Assembly (NCBI GenBank): GCA_004298385.1
Contig: SCTX01000057.1
Location: 515 to 64,514, forward strand
Origin: Betaproteobacteria bacterium
GTDB taxonomy: Bacteria > Pseudomonadota > Gammaproteobacteria > Burkholderiales > SG8-39
Length of the DNA: 64,000 bases
Direction: 5' to 3'
Shown piece after piece: positions 53,482 to 62,658 of this stretch. The notes below the pieces were generated by a model, which was not told the DNA's origin, did no database searches, and saw only the letters and a list, made by a program, of their open reading frames with translations. Positions within the stretch are counted from its first letter, which is position 1; every line of letters begins with the position of its first letter. Both the position numbers and the translations under genes were made by a program.

Positions 53482-54960
53482 TCACAGCAGCACGATGTCG
53501 AACTGCTCCTGGGTGTAGCTCGATTCCGCCTGCATCGACACCGGCTTGCCGATGAAGTCCTCGAGCATGGCGAGCGACTGCGATTCTTCCTCGAGGAACA
53601 TATCGATGACCACTTGCGCGGCGAGGATGCGAAACTCGCGCGCGTTGAACTGGCGCGACTCGCGCAGGATCTCGCGCAGGATCTCGTAGCACACGGTGCG
53701 CGATGCCTTGACCTGGCCGCGGCCGCCGCAGGTGGGGCAGGGCTCGCACAGCACGTGCGCCAGCGATTCGCGCGTGCGCTTGCGCGTCATCTCCACCAGG
53801 CCGAGCTGGGTGAAGCCGCTCAGCGTCATGCGCGTGCGGTCGCGCGCGAGCGCCTTGTTCAATTCGGTCAGCACCGCGGTGCGGTGCTCCTCGTTTTGCA
53901 TATCGATGAAATCGAGGATGATGATGCCGCCGAGGTTCCTCAGGCGCAGTTGGCGCGCGATCACCTGCGCCGCCTCCAGATTGGTCTTGAAAATGGTGTC
54001 GTCGAAATTGCGCAGGCCGACAAAACCCCCGGTGTTGACGTCGATGGTGGTCATCGCCTCGGTCTGGTCGATGATCAGGTAGCCGCCGGACTTCAGGTTG
54101 ACACGGCGCGCGAGCGCGCGCTCGATCTCGTCCTCCACGCCATACAGGTCGAACAGTGGCCGTTCGCCGTTGTAATGGTCCAGGCGCGCGAGCACGTTCT
54201 GCATGTAGTCGCGCGCGAACGCCTGCAGCCTGAGGAAATTCTCGCGCGAGTCGATCAGGATGCGGCTGGTGTTCTCGTTGACGAAGTCGCGCAGCACGCG
54301 CTGCGCCAGCGACAGGTCCTGATACAGGAGCGAGGGCGCGGCCGCGGACAGGCTTTTCTCGCGCAGGTCCTGCCACAGCTTGCGCAGGTACTGCAAGTCG
54401 TTCAGCAACTCGGCGTCGCTGGCCGTTTCCGCCATGGTGCGGATGATGAAGCCGCCTTTTTCGCCGGCGGGCAGGATCTGCTTCACCCGCTCGAGCAGCA
54501 GTGCCCGCCCGCTTTCGTCCTCGATGCGCTGCGAGATGCCGATGTGCGCGTCCTGCGGCAGGTGCACCAGCATCCTGCCGGCGATGCTGATCTGGGTCGA
54601 CAGGCGCGCGCCCTTGGTGCCGATCGGGTCTTTCACCACCTGCACCAGCAGCGGCTGGCCTTCGGCGAGGATTGATTCGATCGGCCGTTGCGCCGCCTTG
54701 CCCTGCTCGGCGCCGCTGTGGCCGTTCTGGCGTTCCTCCCAGATGTCGGCGACGTGCAGGAACGCGGCACGCTCCAGGCCGATCTCGACGAAGGCCGACT
54801 GCATCCCCGGGAGCACGCGCGCCACCTTGCCCATGTAAATATTGCCCACCAGCCCGCGGCTGGCGGAGCGCTCGATGTGCAGTTCCTGCGCGACGCCGCT
54901 ACGCATTACGGCGACCCGGGTTTCCTGCGGCGTGACGTTGATCAGGATGTCTTCACTCAT
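53482..54960 (-). CDS. rng: Ribonuclease G
   Basis: 492 aa. S1 domain (GNIYMGKVARVLPGMQSAFVEIG), the RNase E/G catalytic core (IIDQTEAMTTIDVN, GIIILDFIDM) and a Zn-link-like CPTCGGRG. Confidence 0.95.
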   Translation of the reverse strand: MSEDILINVTPQETRVAVMRSGVAQELHIERSASRGLVGNIYMGKVARVLPGMQSAFVEIGLERAAFLHVADIWEERQNGHSGAEQGKAAQRPIESILAEGQPLLVQVVKDPIGTKGARLSTQISIAGRMLVHLPQDAHIGISQRIEDESGRALLLERVKQILPAGEKGGFIIRTMAETASDAELLNDLQYLRKLWQDLREKSLSAAAPSLLYQDLSLAQRVLRDFVNENTSRILIDSRENFLRLQAFARDYMQNVLARLDHYNGERPLFDLYGVEDEIERALARRVNLKSGGYLIIDQTEAMTTIDVNTGGFVGLRNFDDTIFKTNLEAAQVIARQLRLRNLGGIIILDFIDMQNEEHRTAVLTELNKALARDRTRMTLSGFTQLGLVEMTRKRTRESLAHVLCEPCPTCGGRGQVKASRTVCYEILREILRESRQFNAREFRILAAQVVIDMFLEEESQSLAMLEDFIGKPVSMQAESSYTQEQFDIVLL

Positions 54961-55011
54961 GCGGGCATTCTACCGGATGGCGCCGGAAGCGCGTCCGGGG
55001 CGGGCCTTGGC

Positions 55012-55641
55012 TCAGGCGGCAGGCCCGATGCCGAAGCGTTTGAGCAGTTGCGCGCTCTCGTACAGGGGCAGGCCCATCACGCCGGAATAGCTGCCGCGGA
55101 TCTCGACGATGAACGCCCCGGCATGGCCCTGGATGCCATAGGCGCCGGCCTTGTCCATGGGCTCGCCGCTGGCCACGTAACGCGCGATCTCGGCCGGCTC
55201 GAGCGTGCGAAAGCGCACCGTGGTCGCCGACAGCTCGGTTTCCATGCGTTCGCCATACTTGAACGCGACCGCCGTCAGCACCTCGTGCTCGCGTCCCGAC
55301 AGGCGCGCCAGAAAGTCGGCGGCTTGGGCGGCATCGGCCGGCGTGCCGAGGATCTCGTCGCCGATGCACACCGCGGTGTCGGCGGCCAGCACGCCGCGCA
55401 GCGGCAGCTTGCGCTGGATCACGCGGTCCCAGCCGCTCTCCACCTTGTCGCGGCACACCCGCAGCACATAGTCGCGCGGCTTTTCCCCCGGCAGCGGATC
55501 TTCGTTCACGTCGAAGCCGCGCTCCGACGTAATGCGCCGGGTCAGCACCTGGTGATCGACGCCGATCTGGTTCAGCAATTCGCGCCGGCGCGGGCTGCGC
55601 GAGGCCAGGTAGAAGTAGGATTGGCCGACCAGCATGTTCAT
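55012..55641 (-). CDS. maf: Maf-family nucleoside triphosphate pyrophosphatase
   Basis: 209 aa. [16 protein letters not shown] and KAGAYGIQG motifs. Confidence 0.93.
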   Translation of the reverse strand: MNMLVGQSYFYLASRSPRRRELLNQIGVDHQVLTRRITSERGFDVNEDPLPGEKPRDYVLRVCRDKVESGWDRVIQRKLPLRGVLAADTAVCIGDEILGTPADAAQAADFLARLSGREHEVLTAVAFKYGERMETELSATTVRFRTLEPAEIARYVASGEPMDKAGAYGIQGHAGAFIVEIRGSYSGVMGLPLYESAQLLKRFGIGPAA

Positions 55642-56108
55642 TCGCGATGGTACGGATGGCCGCCGATGATGCTGAGCGCGCGATAGAGTTGCTCCGCCAG
55701 CAGCACCCGCGCCAGGCCGTGCGGCAGGGTGAGGCTGGATAGCCGCAGTTGCATGGCGGCGCTATTTTTCAGGGAGGCGTCCAGGCCGTCGGCGCCGCCG
55801 ATCAGAAACGCCAGCGGCCCGCTTTCCTGCATCCAGGCCTCAAGCTGCAGCGCGAGGCCGCAGGTGCTCAGATCCTTGCCGCGCTCATCCAGCGCGATCA
55901 CGCGGCCGCCCTTGGGCAGCGCCGCGCGGATGCGCCCGGCCTCGGCCGCGAGCAACTGCGCCGCGGTTTTTCCGGAAGCGCGCGCCTCGGGCTTGATTTC
56001 GACCAGCTCCAGCGCCGTGCGCCGCGGCATGCGCTTGGCGTATTCGCGATAGCCCTCGTTCACCCAGGACGGCATGCGCGTGCCGACGGCGAGCATCAAG
56101 AGTTTCAT
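55638..56108 (-). CDS. rlmH: 23S rRNA (pseudouridine1915-N3)-methyltransferase
   Basis: 156 aa SPOUT fold. FLIGGADGL and C-terminal [17 protein letters not shown]. Confidence 0.95.
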   Translation of the reverse strand: MKLLMLAVGTRMPSWVNEGYREYAKRMPRRTALELVEIKPEARASGKTAAQLLAAEAGRIRAALPKGGRVIALDERGKDLSTCGLALQLEAWMQESGPLAFLIGGADGLDASLKNSAAMQLRLSSLTLPHGLARVLLAEQLYRALSIIGGHPYHRE

Positions 56109-56127
56109 CGAGAGACAGCGTGTGTGT

Positions 56128-56508
56128 TCACCCGGCGGCCGGCCGCGATGCTGCGGCCTGCTTGCGCGCGCGGGGTTTTTTCGGTTCGGGCTGGTCCCAC
56201 AGCTCTTCCAGGTTGTAGTACTGGCGGATGGTGGGCTGCATGACGTGCACGACGATGGCGCCGAGGTCGACCAGGACCCATTCGCCGGCCTGCGCCCCTT
56301 CCACCGAGAGCACCTGGGCGCCCGCCGCCTTCAGCTTCTGCGCCACATTGTCGGCGAGCGACTTGACTTGGCGCGTCGAGTCGGCGCTGGCGATGATCAT
56401 GCGTTCGAACAAGGGTGAGAGATGGGCGACTTTGAGCACGACGATGTCGCGGCCCTTGATGTCTTCGAGTGCGGCAACCACCGCTTTTTCCATTTTGCGG
56501 ATATCCAT
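56128..56508 (-). CDS. rsfS: Ribosome silencing factor RsfS
   Basis: Start at [25 protein letters not shown] (126 aa). [21 protein letters not shown] motif. The tracked 311-aa ORF is over-extended. Confidence 0.92.
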   Translation of the reverse strand: MDIRKMEKAVVAALEDIKGRDIVVLKVAHLSPLFERMIIASADSTRQVKSLADNVAQKLKAAGAQVLSVEGAQAGEWVLVDLGAIVVHVMQPTIRQYYNLEELWDQPEPKKPRARKQAAASRPAAG

Positions 56509-56513
56509 CAGGT

Positions 56514-57212
56514 CTAGAGTGTCTCCTTTAGGTAAAGATGCCGCGACTGAATATAAGCGAGAACCGCGGCGGGGAGCAAATGGCGCGTATCCTGCCCGGC
56601 GGCAAGCCTTGCGCGGATGGCCGAGGCCGAGACGTCCATCGGCGGCATGTCGAAGCGCGCGATCCTGCCCGCCGCGCTCGCGGCGAGCTGTTCGCCCCGC
56701 GCCGAGCGGCGGGCGATCTCGGCCGAGAGCTCGGGCGCCGGCCCCCCGTCGCTCGCGAGATGGCCGGGGCGGCTGACGTGGGCAATATGCGCCAGATCGA
56801 ACAGCTCGCGCCAGCGCAGCCAAGTCGGCAGGTCGAGGAAAGAATCGCTGCCCAGCAGCAGAACCAGCGGCTGCGCTTTGCCGAGCTGCGCGCGCAGCCG
56901 GGAGAGGGTATGCACGGTGTAGGTGGGCTCGCCCGACTCGAGCTCGGCGGCGTCGATGCGAAAGCGCGGATTGCCCTCGGTGGCGAGCCTGAGCATCGCC
57001 AGCCGGTCGCGCTCGCTCGCTACGGGCGGCGCGCGATGTCCGGGGCGGCCCGAGGGTATCCACAGCACTTCGCCGAGCGGCAGTTCGGACAGCGCCGCCT
57101 GGGCGAGCGCGACATGTCCCGGATGAACCGGATCGAAAGTGCCGCCGAGGATGCCGATGACGGTCAGGTTCGGTGCGTTGCGGCCGGCGGCGTTCAGGTT
57201 CGAGGTGTTCAA
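56514..57212 (-). CDS. nadD: Nicotinate-nucleotide adenylyltransferase
   Basis: 232 aa. GILGGTFDPVHPGH (HxGH motif) and a C-terminal ISAS.IR (ISSTxxR-like) motif. Confidence 0.93.
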   Translation of the reverse strand: MNTSNLNAAGRNAPNLTVIGILGGTFDPVHPGHVALAQAALSELPLGEVLWIPSGRPGHRAPPVASERDRLAMLRLATEGNPRFRIDAAELESGEPTYTVHTLSRLRAQLGKAQPLVLLLGSDSFLDLPTWLRWRELFDLAHIAHVSRPGHLASDGGPAPELSAEIARRSARGEQLAASAAGRIARFDMPPMDVSASAIRARLAAGQDTRHLLPAAVLAYIQSRHLYLKETL

Positions 57213-57308
57213 TCAGATCGCTTTCAGAATTTGCGCGCGGCGCCGATGGGTAGCTTGCCCTCGTGCTCCCCTAAGTTAGCCGCCTAACGGTAATTCTGTC
57301 AGGCGCTC

Positions 57309-58586
57309 TTATGTTCTGATCTGCCCGTCGCCGAGCACGACGTATTTCTGCGAGGTGAGGCCTTCCAGCCCTACCGGCCCGCGCGCGTGCAGCTTGTCGG
57401 TGGAAATGCCCACTTCCGCGCCCAGACCGTACTCGAAGCCGTCGGCGAAGCGCGTCGAGGCGTTGACCATCACCGAGCTCGAATCGACCTCGCGCAGGAA
57501 CCGTTGCGCTTTTTCACTATCCTCGGTGACGATGGCGTCGGTGTGCGCCGAGCCGTACTTGGCGATGTGCTCCATCGCCTGGTCGATGTCCTTCACCACG
57601 CGCACCGCCAGGATCGGCGCGAGATATTCCGCGTACCAGTCGTCCTCGCTGGCGGGCTTGATTGCGGGCACGAGTTCGCGCGATTGCTCGTCGCCGCGCA
57701 GCTCCACGCCCTTGTCGAAATAGATCCGCGCGAGCGGCGGCAGCACCTTCGCCGCCACGCCTTCCGCCACGAGCAGCGTTTCTATGGTGTTGCAGGTGCC
57801 GTAACGCTGCGTCTTGGCGTTGTCGGCGATGCGTATCGCCTTGTCCGGGTCCGCCGCGTCGTCGATATATACGTGGCAGACGCCGTCCAGGTGCTTGATC
57901 ATCGGGATGCGCGATTCGGCCATGACGCGCTCGATCAGGCCCTTGCCGCCGCGCGGCACGATGATGTCGACGTACCGGTTCATCGTCAGCAGCTCGCCCA
58001 CCGCGGCGCGGTCGGTGGTTTCGATCACCTGGATCGCCGTGCGCGGCAGGCCGGCCGCATCCAGGCCCTCGTGCATGCACGCGGCGATGGCGCGGTTGCA
58101 GCGCAGCGCCTCGCTGCCGCCGCGCAGGATGGCGGCGTTGCCCGACTTCAGGCACAGCCCCGCCGCGTCCGCGGTGACGTTGGGGCGCGACTCGTAAATG
58201 ATGCCGATCACGCCCAGGGGCACGCGCATGCGGCCGACGCGGATGCCGCTCGGGCGCTCGCGCAGCTCGGTGATGGCGCCGACCGGATCGGGCAGGCGCG
58301 CGATCTGTTCCAGGCCCTCGGCCATGGCTTCGACGCCGGCGGCGGTGAGCGCGAGCCGGTCGAGCAGCGCCGGCGCAAGGCCACCGGCACGCGCCTCGGC
58401 CACGTCCTCGGCGTTGGCGGCGAGCAGGCGCTTCGCATCGCGCCGGATCGCGGCGGCGGCGGCGGCGAGCGCGCGGTCCTTGGTGAGGGTGTCCGCGCGC
58501 GCGAGCACGCGCGCGGCCGCGCGCGCCTGTTCACCCACCTGGCGCATGTAGAGCTTGACGTCCCCGATTTCGGCAACAGCGTTCAT
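57309..58586 (-). CDS. proA: Glutamate-5-semialdehyde dehydrogenase
   Basis: 425 aa ALDH-fold protein. Catalytic Cys context ([12 protein letters not shown]) and end motif [11 protein letters not shown]. Confidence 0.96.
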   Translation of the reverse strand: MNAVAEIGDVKLYMRQVGEQARAAARVLARADTLTKDRALAAAAAAIRRDAKRLLAANAEDVAEARAGGLAPALLDRLALTAAGVEAMAEGLEQIARLPDPVGAITELRERPSGIRVGRMRVPLGVIGIIYESRPNVTADAAGLCLKSGNAAILRGGSEALRCNRAIAACMHEGLDAAGLPRTAIQVIETTDRAAVGELLTMNRYVDIIVPRGGKGLIERVMAESRIPMIKHLDGVCHVYIDDAADPDKAIRIADNAKTQRYGTCNTIETLLVAEGVAAKVLPPLARIYFDKGVELRGDEQSRELVPAIKPASEDDWYAEYLAPILAVRVVKDIDQAMEHIAKYGSAHTDAIVTEDSEKAQRFLREVDSSSVMVNASTRFADGFEYGLGAEVGISTDKLHARGPVGLEGLTSQKYVVLGDGQIRT

Positions 58587-58670
58587 GCGCGCGATTTTAC
58601 CCTTCTGCGCCGCTCAAGTCTTAGCCGCGGGCGTGTTTCCCCGCCCTGCTTGTGGCTCTCGAACCGACGC

Positions 58671-59684
58671 TCACCGCGTGACGCGCTCCCAGTAGGCATC
58701 GGGGCCCAGCGCGATCATGGCCGCTCCCAACTCCCGCGCCCAGTCCGTCTCGTTGCCGAATTCCTCGCGCCAGGCCCACAGGCGCCGGGTCCAGAGCTGC
58801 AGTGAATATTCCTCGGTGAAGCCGATGGCGCCGTGCACCTGGTGCGCGAGCGCGGTGATGGTGTGCGCCGCCTGTCCGATGCGCACCTTCGCGGCGGCGG
58901 CTTCCGCCCGGCTTGCGCGGGCGCCACCGCGCGCGGCGCGCAACGCGGTCGCGAACATCGCCGCGGCCGCGGAAAGCTCCCCCGCCATTTGCGCGAGATA
59001 GGACTGGATCACCTGGAACTGCGCGAGCGGCTTGCCGAACTGCTTGCGCTCGGCCGCATATTGCAGCGTCAACTCCTGCGCCTTCCTCGCCGCGCCGAGC
59101 ATCGCGGCGCCGCGGCACAGGGCGCCGCGTTGGCTGACCGCGGCCGGGGAGAAATCATCGACGACCTCGCGCACTTCGGTCGGCTGCGCGCGATCCCCCC
59201 CGCATTTGTCGAGCGGCTCTCCCGCTAGGTTCGCGCCATTCGCCAAGAGCAGGTCCGCGCTCGGGACGACGGCCACCCAATTTCGACCCCCTTCTTCGTA
59301 GCTGAACAAGGTTCGCGTGGAATGCCGTCCCCAGGCGATGCGCCGCCCCGACAGCGCTTGCGGCGACGCGAGCGCGATTGCCAGGACTTCGTCCGGATCC
59401 GTGGCCAGGCCGGCGCCATGCGCGAGCCAGCGCGCCATCGCCTCGCTGTCCGCGTACGGCACCAGCGCCGCGGCGTAGCCGATGGCCTCGAGCACGGCCG
59501 CTTGTTCTTCCAGGCTCATCGCCGCGGCATCCGCGCCGGCGAGCCCCAGCTCGCGCAGCGTCTTCCATGCTTTCGCGTCGAGGCCCTGCGCCTCGGCCTC
59601 GACCGTGCCGCGCGCCGTCACGACGTCGCCAAGCGCGCGCGCGACCGAGTCCGCCAGCATGCCGGTTTGCGCGTCGTCCATCAC
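58671..59684 (-). CDS. Acyl-CoA dehydrogenase-family protein, short non-catalytic-type (beta-like) subunit
   Basis: 337 aa. The ACAD C-terminal helical domain is recognisable (QELTLQYAAERKQFGKPL..FQ.IQ..LA.M) and it ends in GAIGFTEEY..QLWTRR. Its ATG overlaps the upstream ACAD stop (ATGA). Confidence 0.75.
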   Translation of the reverse strand: MMDDAQTGMLADSVARALGDVVTARGTVEAEAQGLDAKAWKTLRELGLAGADAAAMSLEEQAAVLEAIGYAAALVPYADSEAMARWLAHGAGLATDPDEVLAIALASPQALSGRRIAWGRHSTRTLFSYEEGGRNWVAVVPSADLLLANGANLAGEPLDKCGGDRAQPTEVREVVDDFSPAAVSQRGALCRGAAMLGAARKAQELTLQYAAERKQFGKPLAQFQVIQSYLAQMAGELSAAAAMFATALRAARGGARASRAEAAAAKVRIGQAAHTITALAHQVHGAIGFTEEYSLQLWTRRLWAWREEFGNETDWARELGAAMIALGPDAYWERVTR

Positions 59685-60838
59685 CGCAGTCCCAGCCCTC
59701 GCGCGATGATTCCGCGCAGGACTTCATTGGTGCCGCCGCGCAGCGTGTAGGCCGGCGTATGCAGGATCGCCTGCGCGGCGAAGTTCTCGAAGCGCTCGTC
59801 GCTGTCGAGCGAGGGAACCATCGGATAGAGCAGGCGCGCCGCCTGGGCTACATCGCCCTCGAAGCGCGTGCCGAGGTCCTTGACCAGCGCCGCTTCTACG
59901 CCGGGTTGGTGGCCCTGTTCCATCAACGCGGCGACCCCGATCGACATCGAGCGCAGCGTCCAGAAGCGGCTCACCAACTCGCCGATCACGATCTCGGCGC
60001 GCGCATCGGCGGGCGTCGCGCGCGCCTTGCGGATCATCTCGCCGAGCAGCGGCAAGGTGCTCATGAAGCGCTCCGGACCGCTGCGCTCCGACGCGAGGTC
60101 GCCGGTGACGATGTTCCAGCCTTCGCCCTCGCCGCCCAGCACCATCGAATCCGGCACCTCGACGCCGTCGAAGACCATCTCGTTGAAGTGATGCTCTCCG
60201 GTAAGCAGACGAATCGGTCGCACCGCAAGTCCCTTCGCGGGCATGGCGACGATCAGCATCGACAGCCCCCGGTGCTTCACGCCGGCGCCGTCCGAGGTGC
60301 GGCACAGGACGAAGAGGTGGTCGGCGTTATGGCCCTGGCTGGTCCAGACCTTCGTCCCGGTGATCTTCCAACCGCCGTCGATGCGCACCGCGCGCGCCTT
60401 CACCGAGGCGAGATCCGAGCCCACGTCGGGCTCGCTGTAGCAGGCGCCGAAGATGCTCTCGCCGCGCGCGATGGGCGGGACGAGCCCTTGCTTCTGCTCC
60501 TCGGTGCCATGGCGCAGGATGCTTGGGCCGACTTGCCGCTCGGCGACCCAGTGCCCCGCCACTGGGGCGCCGGCCGCGAGCAGCTCTTCGATCACGACAT
60601 AGCGCTCGCGCTGCGAGCGCTCTTGTCCGCCGTAGCGCCGCGGCCACGTCATCCCGAGCCAGCCGCGAGCGCCCAGCTTGCGCGTGAACGCGCGATCGAA
60701 GCCGCGCAGCCAACTGTCGCACTGCGGCGCGAAACCGCCTATGGAGAGCTCATTACGCAGGAACTCACGCACTTGCGCGCGCAGCGCCTTGCACGTCGCG
60801 TCCAGCCGGTCATCGGCCGGTGCGCACGGAATCTTCAA
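59681..60838 (-). CDS. Acyl-CoA dehydrogenase (catalytic, alpha-like subunit)
   Basis: 385 aa from a TTG with GGGAGG 5 nt upstream. Middle beta-domain (CYSEPDVGSDLAS..A.A...GG.W.I.G.K.W.S) and C-terminal GGTNEV (catalytic Glu context). The tracked 827-aa ORF is an over-extension. Confidence 0.8.
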   Translation of the reverse strand: MKIPCAPADDRLDATCKALRAQVREFLRNELSIGGFAPQCDSWLRGFDRAFTRKLGARGWLGMTWPRRYGGQERSQRERYVVIEELLAAGAPVAGHWVAERQVGPSILRHGTEEQKQGLVPPIARGESIFGACYSEPDVGSDLASVKARAVRIDGGWKITGTKVWTSQGHNADHLFVLCRTSDGAGVKHRGLSMLIVAMPAKGLAVRPIRLLTGEHHFNEMVFDGVEVPDSMVLGGEGEGWNIVTGDLASERSGPERFMSTLPLLGEMIRKARATPADARAEIVIGELVSRFWTLRSMSIGVAALMEQGHQPGVEAALVKDLGTRFEGDVAQAARLLYPMVPSLDSDERFENFAAQAILHTPAYTLRGGTNEVLRGIIARGLGLR

Positions 60839-61213
60839 TCGCGCCTCCCGTACCGCGGCCGGATTTGTCGCGACTCTTGCGTTGCCGGCCCGATGACCGC
60901 GATCGCGCAATCCTTGCTGTTTACGATCAGCAGCCGTGCGATCGCATCGAGATCGGCGACACTCTGCCAGAAGGATAGGGAATTCAGCGACATCACGCAG
61001 AGTATCTCTGAATCTGGCAGCCGCAGTCAATCGCAGAATTCGCGCCGTTTCGACCAAACCGGCATTGCAATCGGCCGGGCGCAGGCGCAACATCTCACGG
61101 GCAGCGCTGCTCGGCGGCGCTGCATCAGCGGCAAACCGCCGCCGTCGGCACGGCGCGCGAAGCGAGGCGGGATTGAATTTCCTATGGTCTCTTCGGAAGG
61201 GAGGAGCTTCACG

Positions 61214-62464
61214 ATGCGATTCGGAATCTTCTACGAAATGCAGTTGCCGCGGCCGTGGGCCGCGGACGACGAGCGGCGGTTGTTTCGCGAGGCGCTCGAC
61301 CAGGTGGTGCTGGCCGACCGGCTGGGCTACGACTACGCCTGGGAGGTGGAGCACCATTTCCTCGACGAGTACTCGCACTCCTCCGCCCCCGAGGTATTCC
61401 TTGCCGCCGCCGCCGCGCGCACCAGGAGCATCCGCCTGGGGCACGGCATCCGGCAGGTGATCCCGAACTACAATCACCCGGCGCGCACCGCCGAGGGACT
61501 CGCGACGCTGGACCTCATCTCGGACGGGCGCGTCGATTTCGGCATCGGCGAGGGCGCGACGCGGCTGGAGCTCGGCGGCTTCGGCATCAAGGCCAAGGAA
61601 AAGCGCGCCATGGCGCTGGAGGCGGCCGAGCAGATCGCCAACATGCTGGCGCTGGAACCCTACCCGGGATTCGAAGGCACGTACTTTTCCATGCCTTGCC
61701 GCAACGTCGTTCCCAAGCCTGTGCAGAAGCCGCATCCGCCGATGTGGATGGCCTGCACCAACCGCGACACCATCAAGGTGGCGGCATCGATCGGCGTGGG
61801 CGCGCTCGCGTTCTCCTTCCTCAACCCCGAAGAGGCGCGGCACTGGGCGCAGATCTACTACGGCATCATCCGTTCCGAGCAATGCGTGCCGATCGGGCGC
61901 AGCGTGAACGCCAACATCGCCATGGTGTCGTCGTTCTCCATCCATCGTGACCGCGCCGAAGCGATCCGGCGCGGGCATGAAGGCTTCGAGTTTTTTAGCT
62001 ACGCGATGAACGCTCTGGTGGCGCGCGACTCGGTACCCGGGCGCACCAACTTGTGGGGCGAATATCTGGAAAAGCGCGGCAACCGCACGGAGGAGATCAT
62101 CGCCAACACCGCGTTCGGGCCGCAGAGTTCGGGCATCGGCACGCCCGAGGACATGCGCGCCCACCTGGCAGGATTACGGGAAGCAGGCGTCGACCAGGTG
62201 ATCTTCCTGCAGCAGGCAGGCCGCAACCAGCACCAGCACATCTGCGAATCGCTGGAACTTTGCGCAGCCGAGGTGATGCCGGGCTTCAAGGCCGATGTCG
62301 AGGCGCGGGAAGCGAAGAAGCGCGAACAACTGGCGCCATTTATCGAAGCGGCGCTCGCGCGCAAGAAATGGATGCAGCCGCTGGCGCCAGGTGAAGTGCC
62401 CGTGGTGCGCGCCTCCGTGCCGCAGGCGCAGATCAATCTGTCGCGCGAGGCCGGAAAAGCGTGA
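61214..62464 (+). CDS. LLM-class (luciferase-like) flavin-dependent oxidoreductase
   Basis: 416 aa from an ATG preceded by GGAAGGGAGGAG. MRFGIFYEMQLPRPW...AD.LGYDY.WEVEHHF...YS.S.APEVFL is typical of the TIM-barrel LLM family. The 1028-aa tracked ORF is an over-extension. Confidence 0.88.
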   Translation: MRFGIFYEMQLPRPWAADDERRLFREALDQVVLADRLGYDYAWEVEHHFLDEYSHSSAPEVFLAAAAARTRSIRLGHGIRQVIPNYNHPARTAEGLATLDLISDGRVDFGIGEGATRLELGGFGIKAKEKRAMALEAAEQIANMLALEPYPGFEGTYFSMPCRNVVPKPVQKPHPPMWMACTNRDTIKVAASIGVGALAFSFLNPEEARHWAQIYYGIIRSEQCVPIGRSVNANIAMVSSFSIHRDRAEAIRRGHEGFEFFSYAMNALVARDSVPGRTNLWGEYLEKRGNRTEEIIANTAFGPQSSGIGTPEDMRAHLAGLREAGVDQVIFLQQAGRNQHQHICESLELCAAEVMPGFKADVEAREAKKREQLAPFIEAALARKKWMQPLAPGEVPVVRASVPQAQINLSREAGKA

Positions 62465-62658
62465 CGGGCGAGTCCCCGGTTTGCCTGATCACCGGCGCAG
62501 CGAGCGGAATGAACAGAGTTCGCTGTCGCTTTCGATCGGCATTGCGACCCATGGTGAAACCGATGCCCGATGTCGAGGAGGGCATCACCCGCGCAAACCA
62601 GTTGTTGCATAAGCTCGGGCGCGCAGCGAGCGCCGAAGGCGCGGCAGTCGCCGCATGA
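62461..62658 (+). pseudogene. Truncated short-chain dehydrogenase/reductase stub
   Basis: 65-codon ORF. GTG overlaps the LLM stop (GTGA). Begins VCLITGAASGM (the TGxxxGxG Rossmann motif of SDRs), then loses all SDR similarity and stops. Confidence 0.55.

Noticed and set aside
59378-61213. First 612 codons of the 1028-aa plus-strand ORF; likewise 60839-62164 of the 827-aa minus-strand ORF
   Set aside because: They are Pro/Arg/Ala-rich shadow translation antisense to the two ACAD genes or to the LLM gene. Real starts with good SDs exist at 61214 (ATG) and 60838 (TTG).
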